DNA of 64,000 bases. It comes from a virus. Its lineage: Duplodnaviria > Caudoviricetes. Shown here in pieces: positions 17,706 through 25,941 of this stretch. Location of the stretch: IMG/VR virus record IMGVR_UViG_3300048691_000224. One strand, 5' to 3'. The first letter of the stretch is position 1, and each line of letters starts with the position of its first letter. Under the pieces are notes generated by a model. The model worked only from the letters and a program-made list of their open reading frames with translations, ran no database searches and was not told where the DNA came from. The translations under genes and the position numbers were made by a program.

Positions 17706-18394
17706 GATAATTTTTGACGGGCGATGGCCAGAAATTCTGAGCGGACACTCGAGTCGGTTACAAATTTTCCACTCATCGCACACGTTGTTGTATCCGAAGC
17801 TGTATCTTTTGCTCCCCGTGTTGACATACACAAATGTGCCATGGATGCAAACACAGCGACACTGTCGGATTTTGTGACAAACTTGACAGCTTCCAAAATT
17901 TGATGTGTGAGACGTTCCTGTACCTGTGGGCGGGCGGCGAAAAAGTTCGCAATTCGACTCAACTTTGACAACCCAAGCACTTTATCCGCTGGAATGTAAG
18001 CGATCACAATTGAAGGTTGGTTCAAGCCACCCGCAGGAATTATGGACAAAAGGTGATGTTCACACTGAGAAGCCGCAGAAACTGCGACTGCAACAAATTC
18101 ATCTGGTGCTGACATCTTATTGTCTACGGTCGTGCACTTTGGGAAGTTGTTGTAATCAAGCCCCCACATCATATCATCTACCCACATCTTAGCAACCCGC
18201 ATCGGAGTCTCTGTTAAGCTATCATCCGTCAGGTCTAAACCAAGCACTTCTAACATTGCTTTGGTACTCGCTTCAATAGCGGCTAATTTTTCCGCTCTGG
18301 AAGCGTTCACCTTATCTGTAGTCGGTGTCTCGAGACCGAGAGATTTCAAGTGGGTGTGTACTTGACTTCCAAGTAATTTATCTGTGCTTGCCAT
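17702..18394 (-). CDS. folE: GTP cyclohydrolase I
   Basis: ETPMRVAKM, SQCEHHL, LGLSKL.RI..F..RPQVQERLT, HLCM..RG motifs. Confidence 0.95.
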   Translation of the reverse strand: MASTDKLLGSQVHTHLKSLGLETPTTDKVNASRAEKLAAIEASTKAMLEVLGLDLTDDSLTETPMRVAKMWVDDMMWGLDYNNFPKCTTVDNKMSAPDEFVAVAVSAASQCEHHLLSIIPAGGLNQPSIVIAYIPADKVLGLSKLSRIANFFAARPQVQERLTHQILEAVKFVTKSDSVAVFASMAHLCMSTRGAKDTASDTTTCAMSGKFVTDSSVRSEFLAIARQKLS

Positions 18395-18417
18395 GGTTAT
18401 ATCCTATAATAGTTTTG

Positions 18418-18702
18418 TTAAATCAATTGAATGCCAGAAACCTCTGTGAGGTACTGCTTCTCAAAATCGGGGTGTGGAGTACTTACAACAACAACGTGCT
18501 TGCGATCCAATTCAAAATCTTCTTTGTCATTGTTACTCATCAGTACGGGAATGAGTGCCATGCCGACCCCGCCTCCTTGTTGAGGCATGATGTGGAGTTT
18601 GCGGACTTTTGTCAGCGACAAGACTGTATTGGAGTCGAGTGTCTCTTGTTGCTGAGCAATCCATTCAGCGCCGTTAGTTAGTAGAATTGATACTGTTTTC
18701 AT
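18418..18702 (-). CDS. conserved T4-like phage hypothetical protein
   Basis: 94 aa ending EKQYLTEVSGIQLI. Confidence 0.65.
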   Translation of the reverse strand: MKTVSILLTNGAEWIAQQQETLDSNTVLSLTKVRKLHIMPQQGGGVGMALIPVLMSNNDKEDFELDRKHVVVVSTPHPDFEKQYLTEVSGIQLI

Positions 18703-19249
18703 GTGCTTTCTTTTGTTTTAGTAGGTATCTTAAAATTGTATCGTATTGAAACTTGTTACTAGGATCAAATTTGATATATTTGATATTTTGAGATATAAGA
18801 TGAGTTGTGATCAACTCATCGATCACCTTCGCTTGATCTACATCTTCATTTCTGCCTAGATGACTGTATGGTAGTGAACCACGATCGATGAATAGGTTTA
18901 CATTATTGTAGCTCTTGTACACTTTGTTCACAAGAGCGCTATACTCATCGAATGGGCAATATTTGTCGTATGGGCGTTGGGACGCATACACAACTGGCAA
19001 GTTGATTGGAGAATCACATACTGCAATCTCACACTTACCTACAACTGATCGCAATAGTCGATGTTGTTGAGCAAAGCAATAATCAGGCTGATCAAATACA
19101 TCTGTGTGTCCCCACCAAGCAGCGTCCTTGACAAATTCGTACACATACTCAGTCGTTAATCCAGCTAATTTCAAATCATACGTCAGGCGTAGTGCTGTAG
19201 TTGATTTGCCAGCGCCAGGGCCAGCATACAGGTTAACGACTATTGTCAT
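18674..19249 (-). CDS. P-loop kinase / NadR-like AAA protein
   Basis: Walker A AGPGAGKST; CDSP Walker-B-like motif. Confidence 0.8.
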   Translation of the reverse strand: MTIVVNLYAGPGAGKSTTALRLTYDLKLAGLTTEYVYEFVKDAAWWGHTDVFDQPDYCFAQQHRLLRSVVGKCEIAVCDSPINLPVVYASQRPYDKYCPFDEYSALVNKVYKSYNNVNLFIDRGSLPYSHLGRNEDVDQAKVIDELITTHLISQNIKYIKFDPSNKFQYDTILRYLLKQKKAHENSINSTN

Positions 19250-19452
19250 GTTGTGGTGGGAGTAGTACTAACAGAATCTGTATATTGTCGAATACTCTTG
19301 AACAGTGGAGACTCAGGAGCTGTGGTGTACCAAGACACAGCATTACTAACCGTATTCGCGACCCACGCTTCGTGGACTTGTTTGAATTCTCCCGTAGATC
19401 TTTCCCGTGTCAGATACTTCTCAATATCTGCGTGCGTTATAATGGTGCTCAT
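19246..19452 (-). CDS. hypothetical protein
   Basis: 68 aa with ATGA overlaps on both sides. Confidence 0.55.
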   Translation of the reverse strand: MSTIITHADIEKYLTRERSTGEFKQVHEAWVANTVSNAVSWYTTAPESPLFKSIRQYTDSVSTTPTTT

Positions 19453-20117
19453 TTGATTTGTCCTAATAGTGTATACCGTTGATATGCAGCACAGTATAGT
19501 ATGTTACATGAAATGATGTCAACATGCTTGTGTGCTTGTTCAACCAAATCAAATATTGAATTGCAACAATTGACGTGCCCTTCACAGTCGAATAGATTAT
19601 TGCTCTGCAGCAATATAGTCTGCCCTCGTTGAAGCATACTCAACCACATCGGAAGATCAGGTATGTGTTCGCAACTTGTGTTTATTACTACACCGTAATC
19701 ACCGTACAACTGGAAGTCGTACATATCAACAGTAACAGCAGTAAAACGATTTGGATCACGGATGTACGCGTCTGCGATCGGTGCTACAGTTGGGTCTATA
19801 TCCAATGAAGTAATGTGTAAGTTTTGTTTCTTACTCAACAACAATTTGCTTAGTGTACCATACCACCCACCAACCACCAGAGCTGTGTCGTGGTCGAGAC
19901 CTGTGTTGTATAGCATATCGCAAGCTAATATCTTACTCGCAAGTTGTCCCTCTGATAGTGCGTCTCTGACGGCATCAGCTTGCACTCGCATTGGTTGGTG
20001 GTATAGTTCGCTAACAAGGTCACTGGTTAGGGCAGCAGGAATGTGGTTATCGCTCAATATATCCCAAGAGTAAGAAGTTGTGAGGTGTAGTACTAGATCA
20101 GTGTGTGATGTATTCAT
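19449..20117 (-). CDS. class I SAM-dependent methyltransferase-like protein
   Basis: VVGGWYG (motif I), SLDID (motif II), VINTSCEH. Confidence 0.75.
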   Translation of the reverse strand: MNTSHTDLVLHLTTSYSWDILSDNHIPAALTSDLVSELYHQPMRVQADAVRDALSEGQLASKILACDMLYNTGLDHDTALVVGGWYGTLSKLLLSKKQNLHITSLDIDPTVAPIADAYIRDPNRFTAVTVDMYDFQLYGDYGVVINTSCEHIPDLPMWLSMLQRGQTILLQSNNLFDCEGHVNCCNSIFDLVEQAHKHVDIISCNILYCAAYQRYTLLGQIK

Positions 20118-20829
20118 TGGGTGATTGTGATGTCCATTGGTCTCTCAACCATGTGAAATTATTAATGAGTGTTGGATCTATATTCTGATCATACCACGTT
20201 TGTGCAGCACAAACCCCAGCGTTATATTCCAATTGATATTCAGTATTCGGATCATCCGTACGCCAGAGGCTAAGCCTCGCTATCACATCAGCATATTCTG
20301 TGTTGGTCGATAACTCAGCTAGTGATAGGGTAGTTTCGTAGTGGTGTTGAGCGGTTGCTAGTTTAAACACCTCCCGAGCTGTTGCTCTGAATGTGTGGAA
20401 TGGAGTTTGGTCAAAATGAGTTATACTTGCGGGTGGAGTGTTCATGCATTTTATGCCGAGTCCTCGCGTCGAGCAGAAATCAATCCATGTGGGTGGTTTG
20501 TCTACGGTCATCAACTGAGTGTTGAATAATTTTATACCACCGTAACCATACGTGCTACCGTTCACAATATTTTTTGTTGGCCATATGTGGGTATATCCCT
20601 GATCCCAAGGTTGGACCTCAGTGTCAAACTTAAACGTACTCAATGGTTCATTATCACCATCAATTACATAAAACATCTCAGTGCTAGCAAGCTTGGCGGC
20701 TTCGTAATGTGCCGCTGCTATACCAACCACACCGTGGACGCGTTTTACATATGGGAAGTCTTCCTGGAGTTTTGCATATGTTGAATCAGCGGTTGGTTCA
20801 TCATAACTAATTAGTACAATATCAAACAT
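20098..20829 (-). CDS. GT-A-fold glycosyltransferase-like protein
   Basis: Start MFDIVLISYDE; DxD motif YVIDGDN; NGSTYGYGGIKLF. Confidence 0.6.
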   Translation of the reverse strand: MFDIVLISYDEPTADSTYAKLQEDFPYVKRVHGVVGIAAAHYEAAKLASTEMFYVIDGDNEPLSTFKFDTEVQPWDQGYTHIWPTKNIVNGSTYGYGGIKLFNTQLMTVDKPPTWIDFCSTRGLGIKCMNTPPASITHFDQTPFHTFRATAREVFKLATAQHHYETTLSLAELSTNTEYADVIARLSLWRTDDPNTEYQLEYNAGVCAAQTWYDQNIDPTLINNFTWLRDQWTSQSPNEYITH

Positions 20830-20940
20830 ATAAGCGAGTTCTATAGGCTTATAGCCTACATTCAAAACAAGGAAAAGTTGCAACAGGTGTTAATCACCGT
20901 ACAACTTTTCCTTGTTGGGGGGAAGCTTTAGTTCAATAGG

Positions 20941-22176
20941 TCAGGCGATACCAACAGATGAACTTGCTGGGTATGCTACAGGCGGATTATTGTAGCACAG
21001 TGCTCCAACTCGTGTGAGTGATATTCCACTTGTGAACGAGCCTGTTACTGTAGCTGAGTCGTTGAATGATATGGTTAAAGTTAATACATTTCCTGTTGTA
21101 TTAACTTTGCCTTGAATCAAGACAGATCGAGTAGCTAGTACGTGCGAGAACATTGTTTGATTTGCGGTTGTTAGATCCTCAAACCCAATGGTCGAAGTCT
21201 GAGCTCCTTGAGTTGTATTGCTCTTTGTGACCGTGACGTTTGGAATTGAAGCTAACGCTGTTTGCCAAGCTACGTCAACAGCGCTACTGGTATTAGTAAC
21301 TGCTCCGGTCCAGACAATCTTACCGCCTGTGTTAAAAAATCTACCAACAGAACCGGCGTCTGCCCATGACAAAGTCACAGTGTGTGCGATTGTCCCTATC
21401 CATGCGGCGGTGCGAGCAGCTGATGCATTCGGTGGTGTGATCGTCTCGAAGCACGACGTGTTAATGGTTGGTGACAGTAGCGCTTGATTCAACAGCGTTT
21501 GTAGCTTACTATACTCACTCAATACTGTAGCCAAGCCACAGCGAGCATCCGAACAGAGGCGGAAGTTGTTAAATGCTACAGCATTGATTGTAGCAGTTGG
21601 AACAGATTTTGCATATGCAAGTTGCTTCACTCGATTAATCAGAGTCTGCCACTGAGCGTCGGTAATTCTGTACACAGTAGCCGGTGTCGGAGACGGTAGG
21701 ATTTCAGTCTGACCAACTGCGATTGAGTCAGCGTTTACAAGCGCAACCAGTTCGTCGTACTCACACACACCAGCAACTGCGATGCATACTGTGTTGATCC
21801 AGGCTGCGCCATCATAATAGTATAAACCACCAGTGATGGGGTTGTACCAGAGAGTATTGCTGTTGGCGGGGGCTGTGGGTCCTACGTATACGCCGGATCC
21901 GATTGTGTGCCATAGATTGTCTACACCATAGAATTTGGGTGTACCTGGAGTAGTTCCTGTATCCAACCAAATTTGTCCAGCAATTGGATGGATGGGTGGA
22001 GAATTGCGAGCAAAGTGCTCTAGCATTTGTAAGAAGTTTGTCCAAACAGCTTCTTGGTATACAGGAGATCTGTAACCTAAAAGTGTCAGTGATGTGCTCA
22101 TATCTATACCAAGGGGTTGGATGGATATGGGGGTTTTTGTTGGGTCGCTGTGTTCGACTGAATAGGTTCCTGGCAT
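20941..22176 (-). CDS. virion structural / tail-fibre-like protein
   Basis: N-terminal STSLTLLGY...NFLQMLEHFA...GQIW module; Thr/Ala-rich; CTAAATA at 22211-22217. Confidence 0.7.
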   Translation of the reverse strand: MPGTYSVEHSDPTKTPISIQPLGIDMSTSLTLLGYRSPVYQEAVWTNFLQMLEHFARNSPPIHPIAGQIWLDTGTTPGTPKFYGVDNLWHTIGSGVYVGPTAPANSNTLWYNPITGGLYYYDGAAWINTVCIAVAGVCEYDELVALVNADSIAVGQTEILPSPTPATVYRITDAQWQTLINRVKQLAYAKSVPTATINAVAFNNFRLCSDARCGLATVLSEYSKLQTLLNQALLSPTINTSCFETITPPNASAARTAAWIGTIAHTVTLSWADAGSVGRFFNTGGKIVWTGAVTNTSSAVDVAWQTALASIPNVTVTKSNTTQGAQTSTIGFEDLTTANQTMFSHVLATRSVLIQGKVNTTGNVLTLTISFNDSATVTGSFTSGISLTRVGALCYNNPPVAYPASSSVGIA

Positions 22177-22233
22177 GATGGATGGCAGTTTCTCTGGTTG
22201 TAGTATTGTTTATTTAGTGCGATGAGTGATACG

Positions 22234-22659
22234 TCACGTTGCTAGTGCTATTTTTGCAAGTAATTTTAACTCATCACTGGTAACTCCTAGCTTAGCGCAC
22301 AGTGCGGCTTCTTTCTCAGCTTGCTCTGTAGATAGTTTGAGTTGTTCTTTATCATATACTTTTTGTAGCTTTGCCTGCTCTTTTTGTAGTTTGGTATAGG
22401 TTGTCTTGTCAACTACACCAACCCTTGGAAATTTACCAGGAAAGTAAGTGATCATGTCGGGGGAAGCAATTTGTTGTTGCAGGGTAATATATTCAGCTTC
22501 TGAGATCTCTGTGGGCTTGTACCCCAAAAATACACTACCATCTGTAGTTCGCATTACACCAATCCACTCACCATTGTCATCTTGATTGTAACACGCAAGT
22601 GTTAGACCTGTTCCAAATGAGTCATTGAGTTCACCTAGTGTGTAATATTTTGTTATCAT
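22234..22659 (-). CDS. hypothetical protein
   Basis: 141 aa with a C-terminal coiled coil; follows the tail-fibre gene. Confidence 0.65.
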   Translation of the reverse strand: MITKYYTLGELNDSFGTGLTLACYNQDDNGEWIGVMRTTDGSVFLGYKPTEISEAEYITLQQQIASPDMITYFPGKFPRVGVVDKTTYTKLQKEQAKLQKVYDKEQLKLSTEQAEKEAALCAKLGVTSDELKLLAKIALAT

Positions 22660-24065
22660 AGATATGCTCCTCCGCGTGTTACTTTAACTTTCATTGCCAT
22701 ATTGCCGTGAATTACAGCGTATCCGTTCCAACTATGGGCTTGATATAGAATGCCCCACCATTGAGCGTATACTGTCACCGTTCCACCAGGTGGGATAACT
22801 TTGAAAAATCTCGCTCCTGATACAGTAGATTCTGTGTAGACGTCGAAGCCGCCAGCACTTCGCGTATTGAGGCCCGAAGAGTACACATCCTGTCTCATCG
22901 TGCCTTGTAGATTTGGGTCACCATTACCACTGTATCCAGCAGGCATTGTTATATTTAAATTCTCACCGATTGTATAAACCAAACCAAATGCGGCGTTGGG
23001 TAATCCATAATACAAATTGCCGTGTCCAGTGAGGTCTGCTTCAAATAGTACCGATTGATTTGTCGGATTTGTATATGAATAACTTAGATACGCGGGTGGA
23101 TTGCTGCCAGAGGGAATTGTAACTCCTCCAGCTTCAGTTGCAAAGTCCCTACCTCGGAAGATTGCTACACCATCACCATTCCCTGTGTCGTATTGATACC
23201 ATTGGGCACCGACAGCCAGACAAATCCCAGCACCAATCAGTGTGCTGGGGTTGCTAACCCAAACTGCTGGATAGGGTTGCTCAATCGGCCAGACTAATTG
23301 CCATGTACCAGCTGTGTCGCAGATGTATAACTTATTGACCGCGGTATTGTGCCAGAGCAAACCAATTTCATTTGCTGGTTGATTAGGGCTAACGATTACT
23401 TCCTCAGGAATTGGCCAGACTAATTGCCAGATGTTATTCACATCACAGATTCTGAGTTGATTAGCAGCGGTATTGTGCCAGAGCAAACCAATTTCATTTG
23501 CTGGTTGATTAGGGCTAACGATTACTTCCTCAGGAATTGGCCAGACTAATTGCCATGCGTTATTGGTGTCACAAATATACAACGTATTGGTTGCGGTATT
23601 GTGCCAGAGTAGACCAGTTTCGTACGCTGGTTGAACTGGGCTAACAATCACCTCTTCGGGGGTGGGCCAGACCAATTGCCATGTACCAGCTGTGTCGCAG
23701 ATGTATAACTTATTGACCGCGGTATTGTGCCAGAGCAAACCAATTTCATTTGCTGGTTGATTAGGGCTAACGATTACTTCCTCAGGAATTGGCCAGACTA
23801 ATTGCCAGACTCCAACAGAGTCGTACAATTTCAACTCCTGGGCTCCAGTATCATACCACATCTGCCCCGGGGTTGGGTTGACAGGGGGATAATCACTCGC
23901 GAAGTGCTCCATTGTATGGAGCATATTCTCCCAAATCAATTCTCCGTACACTGGAGATCGATACCCAACCATCTTGAGTGATGTTGAGTGGTCGAAACTC
24001 AGTGGGGGAATTATAATCTGTGGTTTTGTATTGTCGCTATGGTCGACTACGTAGGTTCCTGGCAT
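22656..24065 (-). CDS. tail-fibre-like protein with four 42-aa tandem repeats
   Basis: Same N-terminal module as 20941..22176; repeats WQLVWPIPEEVIVSPNQPANEIGLLWHNTA... Confidence 0.75.
   Translation of the reverse strand: MPGTYVVDHSDNTKPQIIIPPLSFDHSTSLKMVGYRSPVYGELIWENMLHTMEHFASDYPPVNPTPGQMWYDTGAQELKLYDSVGVWQLVWPIPEEVIVSPNQPANEIGLLWHNTAVNKLYICDTAGTWQLVWPTPEEVIVSPVQPAYETGLLWHNTATNTLYICDTNNAWQLVWPIPEEVIVSPNQPANEIGLLWHNTAANQLRICDVNNIWQLVWPIPEEVIVSPNQPANEIGLLWHNTAVNKLYICDTAGTWQLVWPIEQPYPAVWVSNPSTLIGAGICLAVGAQWYQYDTGNGDGVAIFRGRDFATEAGGVTIPSGSNPPAYLSYSYTNPTNQSVLFEADLTGHGNLYYGLPNAAFGLVYTIGENLNITMPAGYSGNGDPNLQGTMRQDVYSSGLNTRSAGGFDVYTESTVSGARFFKVIPPGGTVTVYAQWWGILYQAHSWNGYAVIHGNMAMKVKVTRGGAYL
23287..23807. 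repeat. tandem repeat, 126-bp unit x4 plus a 17-bp partial unit
   Basis: Unit boundary GGCCAGAC(T/C)AATTGCCA recurs every 126 nt; first and last full units near-identical. Confidence 0.95.
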
Positions 24066-24069
24066 TTTA

Positions 24070-24927
24070 TTAATTCACAACCAAATTAGTGAGATATTTA
24101 TGCAGATCAGGCAGTCCGCCAATGGAGGTGCCATCAGGGCACACTATTTGCGGGAAGCTTCGAGCGCTTGGAAACTTCTCACTAAAGTCATCACGCGTGA
24201 AGTCAACATCCAACATCTTGGTTATAAATTGTTTATCCTTGTTTGTCAGTAGCGCTTTAGCTTGATCGCACTGTGGACAGCCGGGTTTGGAATATACAGT
24301 AAATTCTGGAATTCCAACATATCGATCTGCTGAACCAAACATTGGAGCATCATCACCGCTGTATTGGCCCCAGACGTCATCCCAATCACCCTCTGTAGCA
24401 CCTTTGGAATACTCAAATACTTTTTGTTCGAAAAAGTTTCCGTGAGTTACGCTATCAATCATCTGCTCTACCCATGGTAGCGGATTCTTTTTAATTTTGA
24501 ATATCCCCTTTAATCCAAGGGCGATCAATCGGCGATCTGCAATGTACCTAATATACAACTTCACATCAGCTGCCGTAAGGTCTTTCATTTCACCCATCTC
24601 AAACGCGAGATCGATAAACTTATCCTCCAAATCAACCATGCGCTCTGCAATTGTATAGAGTTGACTCTTCAGGCTATCTTTCCAGATGTGTCGATTTTCC
24701 TCAATAAACACACGGAACAACTTAATCATAGCGTCTGTATGACAATTACCAGAAATGGATAGTGTGTTAGCATGTCTAATTTGAAACGCTGTACCAGGGA
24801 CGCTGAGACAAAACACTTCTGTTGACTGAAGTTCTTTGGTCACTTGTACTGCTGATTTGGGGATCGGTGGTAAGCTACCAGCAATCGCCTGAAGCATATT
24901 GATAATATCCGTATTTGTTTTATTCAT
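24070..24927 (-). CDS. nrdB: split-intein C fragment fused to the C-terminal part of ribonucleotide reductase beta, with a C-terminal glutaredoxin domain
   Basis: VFCLSVPGTAFQIRH...ISGN then +1 Cys (CHTDAMIKLF); YIRYIADRRL, NPLPW, NFFE; then YSKPGCPQC and SFPQI. Confidence 0.9.
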   Translation of the reverse strand: MNKTNTDIINMLQAIAGSLPPIPKSAVQVTKELQSTEVFCLSVPGTAFQIRHANTLSISGNCHTDAMIKLFRVFIEENRHIWKDSLKSQLYTIAERMVDLEDKFIDLAFEMGEMKDLTAADVKLYIRYIADRRLIALGLKGIFKIKKNPLPWVEQMIDSVTHGNFFEQKVFEYSKGATEGDWDDVWGQYSGDDAPMFGSADRYVGIPEFTVYSKPGCPQCDQAKALLTNKDKQFITKMLDVDFTRDDFSEKFPSARSFPQIVCPDGTSIGGLPDLHKYLTNLVVN

Positions 24928-25879
24928 TTGTTGTATTCTGAGCACTAGTTAATGTTTTTGCGCGAGCCGCTGCTGCAGCGGCTAGCAGTTTGTCAATGTG
25001 TTTTATGGTTCTACCTAATTTCCACCCAGTTGGTATCTCAGCTAGCCTACCAATAGTTTTAGATTCAGTGCCGTTGGTTATCCACTGCTTATCGCGCTTC
25101 TTTTGGGTCATCCCAGCCCAGAATCCAATTGGAGGATCTATATTAGGCTGAAGCTTCAGATTGGTTGTGCCATCTGTATAGCAAATTACACCCCTAATAT
25201 TTGGGTGATTTGATACTTGCATCCTTTGGGCAGCAGTACGGATTTGGGGTGGGGGTGGATGTTTACCAAATCTCCACCCAACTGGTAGTTGGGCTGTTTT
25301 TAGCATTTGTGTCGACGTTGTACCATCAGTAATCCACCTAAACTTCCCTACTCGAGTTGCTGAGGCCTTGCGCCTAATCTCTATTGCTTCTTCAGTATAC
25401 ACTCGTCCTGTGTTGTTGGGAATACTATGTGGGTGGTCTTGCAACCGCTTGATGTTGCGCCTAGTCACACATTCTAGTTCATCCGCCGAATAGTAACTAC
25501 CACCATTTAATAATCGCCGGGCAGCAGATGTTTTTGCACGCGTAGCGGTAGCTTTTGACCTTGCGGTTTGACGCACATAATCAGGTACACCCGCTAGTGT
25601 GTCTCCACCTTGGCCACCTATTGCTATGTTGTAGGTATCATCCCTTGATACAAAATTAACGTCAACTAGTTGACGTTCTACAGCTCGAGCTTCGTCCCAA
25701 GTGTCACACTCATGCAATGTGATTCTCACAAAGTTATCTCTACCATATTTTTCGACGGCCCTAGCTAACAATATACCCGAACCCAAATACCCATCAAATT
25801 GATCGGCAAACTGCTTGTGGATCCCCACATATATGCGATCATTGATTACGTTAGTTGTCTGGTACACGATATAATTCAT
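24920..25879 (-). mobile_element. GIY-YIG (Seg-like) homing endonuclease inside the fractured nrdB gene
   Basis: YIVYQTTNVINDRIYVGIH...YLGSG; NUMOD-like WITDG / GW..GR repeats. Confidence 0.88.
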
Positions 25880-25893
25880 TCAGATTCAAGATG

Positions 25894-25933
25894 TTACGTG
25901 GTACCATATTTATGTCTTCGTTGTACCACGTAA
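25894..25933 (-). promoter_or_regulatory. late promoter CATAAATA (25907-25914) in the loop of an 11-bp hairpin upstream of the GIY-YIG gene
   Basis: TTACGTGGTAC (25894-25904) / GTACCACGTAA (25923-25933) perfect inverted repeat. Confidence 0.7.
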
Positions 25934-25941
25934 TATTCTCT

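Noticed and set aside
17706-17831. Extended start of the 102-aa ORF
   Set aside because: It lies inside folE; the ATG at 17705 with ATGA coupling is more plausible.
23287-23807. Possible CRISPR array
   Set aside because: The repeats are contiguous, in-frame 126-bp coding units with no unique spacers; no cas genes are in the window.
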